From Pseudogymnoascus verrucosus (lineage: Eukaryota): 64,000 bases of DNA. Shown here piece after piece: positions 11,868-24,563 of this stretch. The stretch is taken from assembly GCA_001662655.1 (NCBI GenBank), contig KV460222.1. One strand, 5' to 3'. Made by a program: the position numbers and the translations under genes. How positions within the stretch are numbered: position 1 is the stretch's first letter; each line of letters starts with the position of its first letter. A model generated the notes under the pieces. The model saw only the letters and a list, made by a program, of their open reading frames with translations, searched no databases and was not told where the DNA came from.

Positions 11868-12549
11868 AAAACGTCTCTCAACTGCAACATATACCATCAA
11901 CGGACGCTCTTCGTTGTATATTTTTTTTCTTCGGCACTACGACATTCTGGTTATGTGGCCAAAAAATCATTTGAAAGAACAAGAAACAGCTACTTGGGGG
12001 AATCATGTACTAAAAATCTTGCGGGCGTTTTTATGCGGTCTGGAAACGAAGGGGAAGAGGGAAGAGGGGAGATGTATTGGATGGTGGCTACGATATTACC
12101 GTTTTTGTTGAAACTCTAGAACAGGTCGATGTCGATGTTGTGTTTTGACTTGGGCGGCCGCTTCATGAAATGTTAGATTTGCACATGATTGTAGAATATG
12201 GACGGTTTTGAGGTGGGGGGGAGGGAGTGTAATAGTTGATGAGTCGTAATTAGGTGGTTTATACAACGCTTTTACGTCTTTAGAGAGAGAGAATTTATCA
12301 GTCTGACAGCATTGCTTCTTATCCATACTGTGTACTCATAGTGTCCTTGTGGTATATAACATTGGTTAAACTTTGTGACGCTGGGCCTCACCGCCCACAC
12401 TATTCTGCCACCACCCCGCCCTATCGATAAGCTTCCCCCCATGCAACCAAGATTTATTTTTCAACCCCTCCCCCTCCCCCGCGACCGCTGCGCAGATTCC
12501 TATTCACACACACACAGATACGAAACTCCCCATACCCCCCTCATACGCC

Positions 12550-13233
12550 ATGCGGACCAAGCCGAACATCATCATCACGGGCACGCCGGGCGTGGGGAAG
12601 ACGACGCACTGCGAGACGCTTGCTGCGTCGCTGGGGCTGACGCATTTGAGTATCAATACTATTGTTAAGGATCGGGGGTGTCATGATGGGTGGGATGAGG
12701 AGTATCAGAGTTGGATTGTTGATGAGGATAAGGTATGTGGGTTTCTGTTTTTGTTTTTGAAACTTTGGGGGGGAAGGGGGGGGGGAAGGATGAGGCTAAT
12801 GTGGGCGTGTGTTTGTAGTTGCTGGATGAGATCGAGGAGGAGGTTAAGCTAGGGGGGTATATCATCGATTGGCACGCTTGCGATCTCTTTCCCAAGAGCT
12901 GGATTGATCTTGTCGTCGTGCTGAGGGTGAACTCTACGATTCTTTATGACCGGCTGAAATCGAGGTACGCCCCCTTCCTGCCCCCCAAGTCCCGCGCATA
13001 TCACTAACTCCGCCACCACCAGAAACTACCCAGAGCTGAAACTCCAAGAGAACCTCGACTCGGAAATCATGGAGGTACTCCTGCAAGAGGCGCGCGACTC
13101 GTACGATGAGGAGATCGTGGTGGAGCTGACGAGTAATACGAGCGAGGAGGTGGATAGCAATGTCGCCCGGATAGAGGCGTGGGTTGCGCAGTGGATTAAG
13201 GATAATGAGGGGGCGGAGAAGGAGGATAGTTGA
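12550..13233 (+). CDS. FAP7: Adenylate kinase 6 / Fap7 (40S biogenesis NTPase)
   Basis: NIIITGTPGVGKTT, WIVDEDK, IIDWHACDLFP and KLQENLDSEIMEV; introns about 12733-12818 and 12965-13022. Confidence 0.93.
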
Positions 13234-13332
13234 GAGAGAGAATGTGAATGTTTATGAATGCATGTCATAGAAGCTGGAGGAAGGCTGGGACGGGGGAGGT
13301 CAAAATGTTATGATATCCTAAGGGGTTTGAAT

Positions 13333-14291
13333 TTAGGCTTTGCTGCTATCTGCGGCCTCTAGGAGCCAGGCTTTTAGCTTCTCAAGTGCTTTGCCGCGGT
13401 GGGAGATCTTGTTTTTTTCTGCTTTGGGCATCTCGGCGTAGCTGGAGAGGTTAGAAAGGTGGCGGGGGGTTGGATGATGATGGATAGATACGCACGTTTG
13501 ACCAGCTGGTCCGTACTCGAAGATGGGATCCCAGCCAAAAGCGATGGCTCCTCGTGCCGGAACTATCTTGCCCTAGGATATATTAGCTATATATCTGGTT
13601 AATAAGGAAAGAAATACCTACTTCTGTGCGTCCTTGGAAGATAATGGGCTCGTGGCCTGGGCCTTCGGAGTATGCGAACGTGCAGACGGATTCGGCGGAT
13701 TTGTCTTCAAAGCCGGCGAGGAGCTTGTTTAGGCCGTCGTGACCGAGGGACTCGAAGAACCATTTGCTATCAAAATCGAGCCCCGTTAATAAGAAGACTA
13801 ACAAATGTGGCTGTAAAATGAATCTGAGAGGGGATAGTATAGAGGCATGCCTCAATCTATAGACTGTGCTGTGACAAGGTTATAAAGGTGCAAAATATAC
13901 ATACATGTATGGACCAGGAAGGTTCTTGAAAGCATTAAATATCAGAGCAGTATCCTCGACCAAAACTGGTCCTTGAACCTTTCACAAGTTAGTTATTTGT
14001 AAGAAGGCATGCGAACTTACTGCCCCCGCGGATCTTCACGTAGAACAGCGGGGTAGAGGGAGAATGAGACCCATGAAATCAATAGACCATGTACGACTAT
14101 AAATCTAGTAACACCCATACCTCTTCAGCAGCCCGACGGCACTTATCCTTCGAAATCTCCTCTATCGTCCCTTGAATCTCGACGAGATCAATAGAGCGGC
14201 TCTGCAAGTCCACCGCATCACCCAAGATGGCCTGGACCTCGGCAAGCTTGTGCTTGTTGCCAGTGATGAAGTTGAGTTGGCTAGGGGGCAT
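13333..14291 (-). CDS. HAM1: Inosine triphosphate pyrophosphatase (Ham1/ITPA)
   Basis: [34 protein letters not shown] and [11 protein letters not shown] motifs over 5 exons. Confidence 0.94.
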
Positions 14292-14949
14292 TTTTAAATA
14301 GTATTTCTCTGTTTTTAGTCGTGGTGTGGAAATCAAAATCACGAGGGGGCTGAAGATGCAAGTCTTTGCGCGGATGCGCTCAAGATAGTTGCATATCGCG
14401 CCAAGCCTTATCGAACATATAGCACACCATGGCCCAACCTCCGAAGCCAATTCCCAAGATCAGCAACGATCTCAAAAATAAAGCGTTTAGATAAATACTA
14501 TCGATTAGTAGCATTTTGAGAGAAATTATACTTAAGGTGATTAGATACAGATATCCGAGACTGACAACGACCTAGGATTTGCGCTGAACTGGTACTATTA
14601 GCTGGCCAGTTTGCGAAATATAATATGTTCATCTCTGTGAAAGTAGCGTTTGGGCAGTATTTCCTGGGGAGAAAGTTCTATACTTTCAAACTAGGGAGCC
14701 TGACTGAATCAAGCCAGCTTCAAGCCGAAGCCAAACCACAAAACATCATGGTCTGCAAATAAGGGGGCCATGGTAATGTGAGTGCATTCAATTGTATAAT
14801 CTATCTAGCACATGAAGCGCGCTACTGATGCGTTGGACCGAGCCAAAAGCATACACCGTATGAAGCGCTGGTGCCTTGAAATCATAGCAAAGCAAAAAAC
14901 AATCCACAAAGCCATGCAGCCTCAAATTCGCATATCTTCGGTGTCGATA

Positions 14950-16675
14950 TCAATTGGGAAGGGAGGTCAACGCAGGCGGCCGCAATCTTAACAGTTAATA
15001 AAGATGCCCCAAAACATAAAACAGAGATTGCTTACCTCAAAACCTCAAAGGCCCTGTACTTTTTTAAATACTTCATGTTTCGCCTGTATGCTCGCAAGAA
15101 CTCTGCTGGATTTTTCACCGACCAAGACGTCTTCCCAATAAGCTTGATGACGTCCGGGGCGTCATGGAACATTGGGTCAAAGACGAGAAGGTTTTTAGAC
15201 CCATCAAGCTTCTTCTCAATGCCTACGATGGTCATGGAATGGCCTTTGATAGTTAGCAAACATTAATCTGGGTGCATTGCCACCATACCTGGATGCTGAA
15301 AGTAAATTGGAGGCAACTGTGTCCTCCTAATCTTAGAGGTGCTATCAACACCACTAGCACGGAAGTACTCTTCAACGTTTCCCATCAGTATCTCATCTGC
15401 GGCTAGTTTCCCATCGGTCTTGAATGCTTGGGCATCGCAACTATTGAATGGTCAGGATTAGGCCTACACAGGGTCGGGGGCTGAGGTCTTACTCAATGTC
15501 AAGACTTCGAAGCATCGCCTGAGCCTTTATTCGAGTCAGTATAGAAATGTTCTACAAGCAGGTAATCTGCATACCTCTGGCGTCCCAATATACTTTCGAG
15601 TTCCTATAATCCCACCCGTCTCGGCACGGCCCACTGTATTTATCCCCACGTCCCAGGCATGCTCAATAAACTCCTGAATCTGGAAAATTGTTGGCATTTT
15701 TTCCTTGAAATGGTAACACCCTTGAGATCGATTGTTGACGATATATGAAGTCAGCATTTGTATGTTTCTATAGCCGCAGAAGCCGCCTTCGTTCTTCAGT
15801 TTCGAAACGTGTTCGACCGACGGATGACAAGTATAGGCATACTCCGTATCTGGATCCTGCTCAATGAGCGTTTCGAGAACAGTCAGGACGCCTGGAACAT
15901 AGTTTCCTATTTTTTTCACCGTCTTGATTCCTCCGCTGGAGTTGAGCTTCGTTGTGGTTCTTGGCATTCCGTCCGACAACAGGAGGTTGTGGAGCCATGC
16001 GGGCATCTTGTCTTCGTAGGCGTGGGGGCCGAGTTCAGCCGTCTGGAGATGTGAGTCTCAGAATGCATAAAAAGCCAGGATCTATTAAAACTTACCCCAA
16101 GGCGACCCTTGCCAGACTTTGACTTCGTTGCGACGTGCGGTGTCACTATTGACTTCGGCATGTTTAAAATTCCTCGCCAGCTTTCTTTGGCTTTGGCTTG
16201 ACGATCTACTGCAGACAGTAGAGGAGGATCAGAGCCCTCGTCGAGGTTCCGCAGTGCTGTTGGAAGGCTAGTGTCAAACTTGGAGTCCGCAGGCTCCGTG
16301 GCTCCTTCCCATTTCCAGGCCGGGCTGTCCACGTGAGAATCTCTGTCACTTTCTTCCATGCTATGCAACTCCAAGTGGCCATCCAGCTCCGCCATGGGGA
16401 CAGTTTCTCCGCATTCGGATATTGGACACTCGACGTATCCGACGTCTTCCATGGCTTGGGAGGACCTAGAGGGATGCCCTTCCTGGGTGGCGTCTACAGG
16501 GTGGGCATCCGTAGGAATAAAGGGAGAGTTTCCTTCAGAATGTAGGTCTTCCATGTGGTACTTTGAAAAGTCACTTTGATGAACATTATAACAAGTGAAG
16601 GAAGTGTGAACTTACAAGAATATCATACTCAGTCTTGGCCTCATAGCCACAGAATGGGCACGAGGCTCCCGCCAT
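14950..16675 (-). CDS. ZUFSP/Mug105-like deubiquitinase (peptidase C78 family) with N-terminal C2H2/UBZ-like zinc fingers
   Basis: CPFC...YHMEDLH and CPISECGE...HLELH fingers; catalytic GGFCGYRNIQM, YFQHPGHSMTIVG and LVFDP; multi-exon. Confidence 0.82.
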
Positions 16676-17852
16676 GGCCGTCCGTAACCTGGGGTCCAAC
16701 CTGCTCTAAAATGCGGCTTTGGCGCGTGAGCGTCGTATGAGGACGACACCCACCGCCCTCATTCAGCTCAGAAGTATCTCGAAGCTCTCTATTGTTCTTT
16801 GGTTCAGTTTAACCGTACCGCATGCGTGTAGTTGTACCTTGCTGGATTCCGCAGTTTCGCTTACTATTTAAGGTACGAATAAATTGTCGCATATGTGTGA
16901 TTGGCCATGTGAAAAAAATTGAACAAAGAATAAATTCCAAAGTGGAATGAATACAACTAAATACAAGTAATGTTATTGTTTTGCCGCAAACATTCTCTTT
17001 GACAAAAGGTTTGTATGGCGATGAGGAATGTCGTGGTTAGGTTCCAATGAAACAGCGTCCACAACGGATATCTCAACAGAGAGCCTCGGCGGCTTGAGCT
17101 CGTCTGTATTGACGCCTGTGGCCAGAAATATACTCCTTACGTACGTCAATATTATTCATATGTAAACAAAATAGAACGTGGCATGACTGTGTAACAAGTT
17201 TCATAATTCCGTATAATATTGTCATATGTATGGTTTATGGACTTCTAAATCAGAAGGTCAAGCTGAATCATGCGCATTTGATTCTATTCAGAGAAGACAA
17301 TGATTCACCTTCATTTCTCTGCTATAGTAATACAAGGCTTGAATGGATGATGTGAAATTACAAGGCAATCACTTCATTTGATATCGGCTCCCTGTTGCCA
17401 GTCTTTTTGCAAAAGTATTGTATTTTCCAGCCTCTTTTTCCCCTGTCCCATGCCAGCGTTTCCTGGCCACAATCTTGTATGTGACATGGCAGAGACCGTA
17501 CTGCTGCGGCATCTATGATTAGCAAAAACCAAAATCTTTGTTGACAATCTTGTTCCCATTGGATATGGAACGGAGTGCTACATGAGCATCCGTCTCTCCA
17601 ATGAACCAGAACAAGAGAACGTTAACCACAAATAGACCGTTAAGACAGACTCTTGCAAATATCATAGCCAAGTATGCTCTCTCTTCGTATAATTTCATGC
17701 CCAGACAAGCTTCACGTCAATTGAAATCTCGGTTTGATCTGTGTTCCATTTAACTTGTATGATTTGTACACCGTCGAAACATGCTACATGGCCATCCGTC
17801 CTTGTCCAAGCACCGTATGCTGCCCATTCTCCTAATTGTATATCCTCGTCGT

Positions 17853-18117
17853 TCAATGGTCCCAAGGGTGCTTCCAGCCCAATAACGCAGGTCCTGCAGG
17901 GAAGGTTAGGGATCGTTCGCCGAAGGGACTGCGAGGCACAATTACCGTCTTGCTTCGCTCTGTACATTAACTACATGTAAAGTCAGCTTTGCCCATCGCA
18001 TAGAGGATTATTGAGACATACGAAGAACCACATGCTTGCCCCCAACCCGGTCGCGGCAAACCGGTAGAGTGGGCGCGCCGGGTGGATGTGAATCGGATGA
18101 GCGCCCGGGCCAGCCAT
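17853..18117 (-). CDS. NDUFB2: Complex I accessory subunit NDUFB2 (AGGG)-like, 53 aa, 3 exons (missed by the ORF track)
   Basis: Exons 18117-18022, 17970-17946 and 17893-17853 give MAGPGAHPIHIHPARPLYRFAATGLGASMWFFLMYRAKQDGPALLGWKHPWDH*; canonical splice sites; probable 5'UTR intron about 18122-18176. Confidence 0.82.
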
Positions 18118-18709
18118 TGTGCTGTAATAAACAGTTAGCAATGCTATCTCCAGAGAGAAAACTCAATTGAGCGTACAAATTGACAATCGATTGGCTTCTT
18201 AAAACAGTCGTGGGGTGCGTAAGTCGCAGGAACAGTTGTAATGTCGATGGTCGTCAACTTTGAATGGTGGGTTGGGGCGCTCCGGGAGCCTCACTTTAAT
18301 GGATAAATGATTGGCCGAGGCGGCTTGAGCTGGCTCGCCCTCACGTTCATCATATCGGAAAAGGGATTCGAACAATGGCCGGGTTTGGCGATTCACAATT
18401 CCACTCAACACTTCGATTTCTGTGGGCCTTGAAATATCCATGGCCATTGTTCACTTCGATTTCACCTGCGACCTTCTTTCATTAAGAACCTCTGTTTCTC
18501 ATTGATTTATCATGCAGAGAATAGGCCGACCACCTTGACTTGATAAGTCTCGCCGTTCGCGTCGATTTTGGCCCACCCGTTAAACCGCACACCACAATCG
18601 CGAGCTCCCAGCCAAGAATTGGAAAACCCCGACGGTTTTCCTGGCAGAGGAACCCGCAATCTACGACTGACTCTTTACACCATTTGATCAATAAATTCGA
18701 CCCGCGACG

Positions 18710-20757
18710 ATGTCGAGCTGGGCACAGCAAGCAAGCCCAGATGCGAACGCGGTTTCGCAGGGGTATACCAATATGAAGACGACTCGCCCTCCTCCGCCCA
18801 CGAAGTCGTTCCACGGCTGCTCACGAATACAAGACTATGAAATATTAAGGAAACTTGGAGAAGGCACATTTGGGTACTTTTCCCCTTCTCATATTCGTTA
18901 TTTGTCGTACTGGAAGCTCGAACAACTTTCTGACATTTTGCAGCGAAGTCCACCAGGCGCGGTCACGGAAAACTGGCGCTGTCGTTGCCTTAAAAAAGAT
19001 CTTGATGCATAATGAGAAAGACGGCGTAAGGCATACTGGCCCATACAAGAAGTTCGAGAACTAATTTTTGTTCAGTTCCCCATAACAGCTCTGCGCGAAA
19101 TCAAGCTATTGAAGCTCTTGGACCACATCAATATATTGAGATTGGAAGAAATGGCCGTGGAGCATTCTCAAAAAAGCAGTGCGACAACCTTGAAATATTC
19201 CTTATACAATCGCTGACAGTTATGCAGGTGATAAGCGCAAACGAGCAATCATGTACATGGTTACGCCATACATGGACCATGATCTCTCCGGGTTGCTGGA
19301 GAACCCTGGAGTGACCTTCAGCATACCCCAGATCAAGTGCTATATGATGCAGCTTCTCAAGGGAACTGCCTACTTGCACGACAATCACATTCTTCATCGC
19401 GACATGAAGGCAGCGAATCTTCTCATCAACAACAAGGGAATCTTGCAGATTGCAGATTTCGGACTCGCAAGACACTACGAAGGGCCAGTTCCCCGGGCAG
19501 GTGGCGGAGGCGGAGAGGCCGTAAGGGATTACACGACTTTGGTTGTGACGAGATGGTATCGACCCCCCGAGCTGCTGTTGCAACTTCGGAGGTACACACC
19601 AGCTATCGACTTGTGGGGAGTAGGATGCGTTTTCGGAGAGATGCTGGTGGGCAGGCCAATTCTGTCGGGAGAAAGTGATGCTAGACAGCTGGAAATAATT
19701 TTCGAGCTGGTCGGTTCGCCCACCGAGGATAGTATGCCAGGGTGGCGTGCGCTTCCAGGAGCCCAAGGCCTTCAGCCTCCACACAGAGGCCCTACAATTG
19801 CCCAGCGGTTCAAGGAGTATGTACCACTGTTAACTTGCATGCGAAATAATCTAACAGAATACTAGGTACGGTCCAGGAGCTATATCACTGCTTACCGACC
19901 TCCTCAAGCTGGACTGGCGAAAGAGGGTCAACGCGATTGATGGCTTGAAGCACCACTACTTTACCGAGAACCCTCTCCCTGCAAATCCAGGTGAAATACC
20001 AACATTCGAAGAGTCCCACGAACTGGATCGTCGCTCAAGGGGCGGACCAAAACAAGGTCTACCCCCCGCACCAAGAGGGTATGCCGTGGGCGGCGAGCCA
20101 GCAAATGCAGGCAACAGACCATACGGCAACGGCGATAACTACGGCGGCATGAACCGATCCCATCAAAACGGCGCGCCTCATCACGGCTCCGGATACGCTC
20201 CCCCAAGGAATCAACCACATCCCAATGATCGGAGACCGGGCTGGTCACATTCCCGTCCCGACAGCAGGTTACCACCGCGAGATTACCCTCCGTCTTCTCA
20301 GACCTGGGGAGGCGGCGTCGATGGATCGAGATCAGATCGTCCGCATGAGTATAGAGACCGCGACAGGGACCGAGATCGCGATCACCTCCCGTCGAGGGCG
20401 CGGGGAGGCGGAAGCGCGGGTATTGCGGGGAGGGATGTGGATACGTATATTCCGAGCTATGGGCCTGAGTCCGGCCGACGCGATGAGAGGCCGAGAGACG
20501 AGAGGCCGAGGGATGAGCGACCAAGAGATGAGAGGCCGAGAGATGAGCGTCCGAGGGATGAGCGACCGAGAGATGACAGGAGGAGATGGGATGAGCGTGA
20601 TGACCGTCGCCACCCCCCTCACAGAGAGCGTCTAGACTACGATGACCGCGCGCGCAGCGGCCGCACACGAAGCCGCAGCAGGAGTCCCCTACGAGACCGC
20701 GACCGGGAGCGCGTTCGGGATCGGGAGTCACTTGATCGGGAGGTGTACCGGCGCTGA
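18710..20757 (+). CDS. BUR1: Cyclin-dependent kinase Bur1/Sgv1 (CDK9 family)
   Basis: [36 protein letters not shown] and [12 protein letters not shown]; Arg/Asp-rich C-terminal tail; about 4 introns. Confidence 0.92.
20482..20571 (+). repeat. Six 15-nt units encoding (DERPR)6 in the Bur1 tail
   Basis: GATGAGAGGCCGAGA, GACGAGAGGCCGAGG, GATGAGCGACCAAGA, GATGAGAGGCCGAGA, GATGAGCGTCCGAGG, GATGAGCGACCGAGA. Confidence 0.95.
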
Positions 20758-21109
20758 GCAAGGCGTTGGGGATGGCCGGATAGAGATGGTGACTACGAAG
20801 TTCTAGGGGTGGATTTTAACAGCACATGATACTACGAATGTTGCTGAGACGGAGTCTGTTGGGGGAATGCGGGACGGTTTGACTTTTTGTCCTTCATGAC
20901 ACATACGCACGCACGTTGATATATGCAAATGTGTGGAGTTTATTTTATTTTGCTTTTGCATAAACTTGGTGTCCAGGAGAAGGATCCGTTGCAGGGGGGG
21001 CGGGTTAGCATGGCACAACAGGATGGATCCTTATATGTACTTGTATAGGAGTAATAAATGCAGATAAATTTTGCTCTGTATAGCTAAGAAGCTGAGTCTC
21101 CGAGTAATC

Positions 21110-21750
21110 CTATAAATCACTCCCGGAGTCCTCTTCGGGTATTATTTGAGACGATAGGCCTCGTGGCTGTCGGCCTTTGTCGAGATACCCTACGTTCTCT
21201 CGTGTCAAGGGTTCGCCGTAAAATGGCGTTTCTTCGTACCCAGTGGTGAGTCTACCTTTGGGGACTGCGGTGCCCCGAAGTCGTCTGCTGCTTTCTTGTT
21301 GCTGCCTGCCTTGTGATCCTTGGATCGTGCGAGGCGTTTTCTGGGTAGGCGTGGGTTTGAGGCCAAGTATTGACACCAGGACGCTGGAGATGGAATAGAC
21401 AACACCTCCAGCCAGGAGACCAACTATGGAAGCAACGCCGAAGTAGATGTAGAATGTCTGTGGATCAGTTAGAAACGGCTCACTTCCAGATAAACTCCGC
21501 AGATACAGCAGCAGTATAGATAGCACCAGTTACATACCTCAAGATTGCCGAACAGAGAAAGGGGAAGCAAAAGCACGTGAGTGATATAGCTGACGAGGTG
21601 GATGAGAGGCGCGGATACCACCAGCACGGTGTTCACGATGCCAGTGGCGATTTTAACGATGGGGAGAGTGCTGTAGTGGAAGATGGACGCTGAGACGGTC
21701 TTCCATGTCGTAGGCGGCGGGATGCCCGCGATGCGGTCTAATGCCTCCAT
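21110..21750 (-). CDS. Hypothetical membrane protein (2 exons)
   Basis: Two ORFs joined by an intron at about 21462-21537 (GTATGT...CTAAC...CAG); hydrophobic segments such as FYIYFGVASIVGLLAGGVVYSISSVLV. Confidence 0.6.
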
Positions 21751-22796
21751 TGATTGAGCTCCGAGATAGGGATGGGTGTGATGTCATTCATGGAATTGGG
21801 GCCTCCTATGTGGTGTGCATCATTTTCCACGGCTGGGACACAGAACAGTCTGTTCCGTTGCGGGTAGGTGATTGTTGGAGAGAGATGGAGAGGAGTCAGG
21901 ATATTTGTATAGTGTTATATTTGACTGTATTGCACTGTTCATCACAATCTTGTGGCCTGCCAAACACGTGAATTGTGAGATGTGAGTTGTGATGGGGCTT
22001 GGGCTGTCAACAATAACGACTGTGCTGGGGAGTGTACTGGGGACTGTGCTGTGGACTGTGCGTACCTGTTCCACCGTCATGCCTCCTCCTTGTTTTTGTT
22101 TGCTGCCCCTCCAAAGTCTACATAGGTTTTTTTTGGTCTGTCTTTGTATCCACCGCGTATACCACGTATAGCACCACGTACTTTCTTTATAGCGAGAGTA
22201 CCATGATCACCGTCAATCACTGGGCGGGGAACCACAATAACAGTTCATTTATACCTTTTATACCTTCATTATACCTGTAATCCTGTCCACATCTGCGTGC
22301 CAACAAGTACTTCCGATCCACACAGTGGGGGAAAGAATAGTAGCCGGGCGCTAAAGAAGATAGCCTCCCCTCCCTTACCTGAGCTTAACGTATTGTGCAC
22401 TGTATATATCCAACCTCTCCTCTCCAACCTCCGAAAGCTGTTTTGACGATCACCAACCCGTTCCCATTCGCCCATATCGCTCACGTCGCTGTGCTCTTCT
22501 CTTGAACAATCGTTCATCCCAATTGCTTCATATTTGTACAGTACTGTAGAGCATCCCAGACCAGCGAGAGAGAAACTGCGCCCGGGGGAAATATCTCACA
22601 GCTCACAGAGCGCGTTGCACTGGTACTCACTCCCAGGCTTCAGCAGCAAATTCCCCCCAATCCAGCATCCAAAAAAGTCACGACAACCCAGAGCCTTCTA
22701 GAATGACCGTAACTAGAGGGTGAAAAAGAATATATATATATATGTATAACATCATTATACCGCCATCGTTATTATTATTATACCAAAACCTGAATC

Positions 22797-24357
22797 ATGG
22801 GTAATAACCCGTCGGCCCCTCCGAAGTCGAGCAGCGCATCGCCTGCCAGCTCAACCCACGGCCAGTCCGTAGGATCAGCCTCGGATCGCCGTCGCGAGCC
22901 AAAACTAAGAGACACGATACAATCACAAAGAGGCGCCGCGCCGCCTGAATCTTCCCAGGTACAGGCACGTGGCACAACGGTCCCTCATCGGACTCGCAAC
23001 GCCCAATCCCAAAATGCGCAACTCAACAACAACAACGGCCAGTACTCGCACTCGCCTTCGCCATCGCAGAATTCCATCCCTCCGTCTTCTTTTGTTGCCT
23101 CGCAACCTCTACCACAACAAACCCCTCCCAGCAAGCCGCCGCTCACGCTCTCCGACGAACCAAGTAAACCGGTCGCTGTTCCGCAACCTGTGAATGCGGC
23201 CGTGCCAGACACGCCGACTGAGAAGTCGCCCTACTCAGCTTCGCAGAGTGACCAGTCTGGGCTCGCAACCGACATCATGTCCTACCATCTTACCAGACCA
23301 CCGCGCCTGCCACTGCCTATCGAAGAAGAAGTCCACACACCAGGGTCACCCATACTTGGCCCCGCAAGTTCACAAGGTCCGGTGCCCGAGTTCGACCCTC
23401 TACACGGTAGTGGGGACCTCGGTCGTCCATTATCTGCTCTGAGCAATACAACCGAAGATGATGAAGGAGACGAACTGCCCATTGACAGGACGAAGCCAGT
23501 TGTTCCAACTGAATTTCACTGGTTCGGGCCTGCTGAGAAGGTATACGTTACGGGGACGATTTTCCAGTGGAGCCGGAAGTCAAAGCTGTATCCGATGTGA
23601 GTCCGAGTTCATGCACCTGCCGATTGTAGTCCTTATCGGTGCATCCTATTTAATAAGCAAACCCAACTGACGTTACTCAGACCCGGAAAGAAGGATGCCT
23701 TTTCGGCCATTATCCATGTTCGGCCTGGCACTCACCATATCCGCTTCATCGTCGATGGGAATATGCTGATATCCCCAAATCTTCCGACCACTGTTGATTT
23801 CGGCAATAATCTTGTGAATTATATTGAAGTCAGCGCCGATGATCTTCCCAAGGACTCACAGGCACAAGGACAAGCACAGCCCTCCAAATCGCAAGAAGGC
23901 CGTCAGCAGCGGGAAGAAGCGAAGCCTGCAGGGCAAGGGGCAGATGCAAAACAACCACGAACGAAGCCTATGATCCCCCACGAACACTACACATCTACCG
24001 TACCCCAATACCTGCTTGATCTCGACAAGGCTGAGGATTCTCCTGCGTATCAGTATGCAGCCAGCGCCATTGTCAAGCTGCCGACCCCACCGAGTCTTCC
24101 AGGCTTCCTTGGGAAACCAATTTTGAACGCCCAGACGCCGGTGAAGGATGACAATAGCGTGTTGAATATGCCCAATCACACGGTGTTGAATCACTTGGCG
24201 ACGAGCAGCATCAAGGGAAATGTACTCGCTGTGTCTGCTACTACGAGATATAAGCGCAAGGTAAGGTTCCTTGTCCCCGATATCTAACACCGTATTGACA
24301 TTGATTTAGTATGTGACGACTATTATGTACAAACCAACATCGGATGATACCACATGA
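22797..24357 (+). CDS. GAL83: SNF1/AMPK beta subunit (Gal83/Sip2 family)
   Basis: Myristoylation-type MGNNPS start, CBM48 (KVYVTGTIFQW...HHIRFIVDG...NNLVNYIEV) and C-terminal LNMPNHTVLNHLATSSIK...RYKRKYVTTIMYKP. Confidence 0.92.
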
Positions 24358-24563
24358 ACAAAAATTAAAGCTATTCATATAGTAAAATCAACGAGCTATA
24401 GATGGCATATGTTCTCTACGCCGAACAGATGCGGTTGCAATGTTCCTCTTTAGCTATCAGCTGAGCAGCCAGGGAGGGTCGAGAGAGACACAGCTAATAG
24501 ATAGCACTGGCCTTGCTTATAGCCAGATACTTAAATATACAAAGGTACGCCAGTCCAGTGGAA

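Noticed and set aside
13233..13333. Very short convergent spacers (FAP7/HAM1 about 100 bp; RRP36/COQ8 about 160 bp) as an antisense regulatory system
   Set aside because: Overlapping 3' UTRs are common in compact fungal genomes; nothing specific indicates regulation.
17250..17320. Possible C/D snoRNA on the minus strand (two CTGA boxes and an ATGATT)
   Set aside because: No proper RTGATGA C box, no terminal stem and no rRNA complementarity I could recognise.
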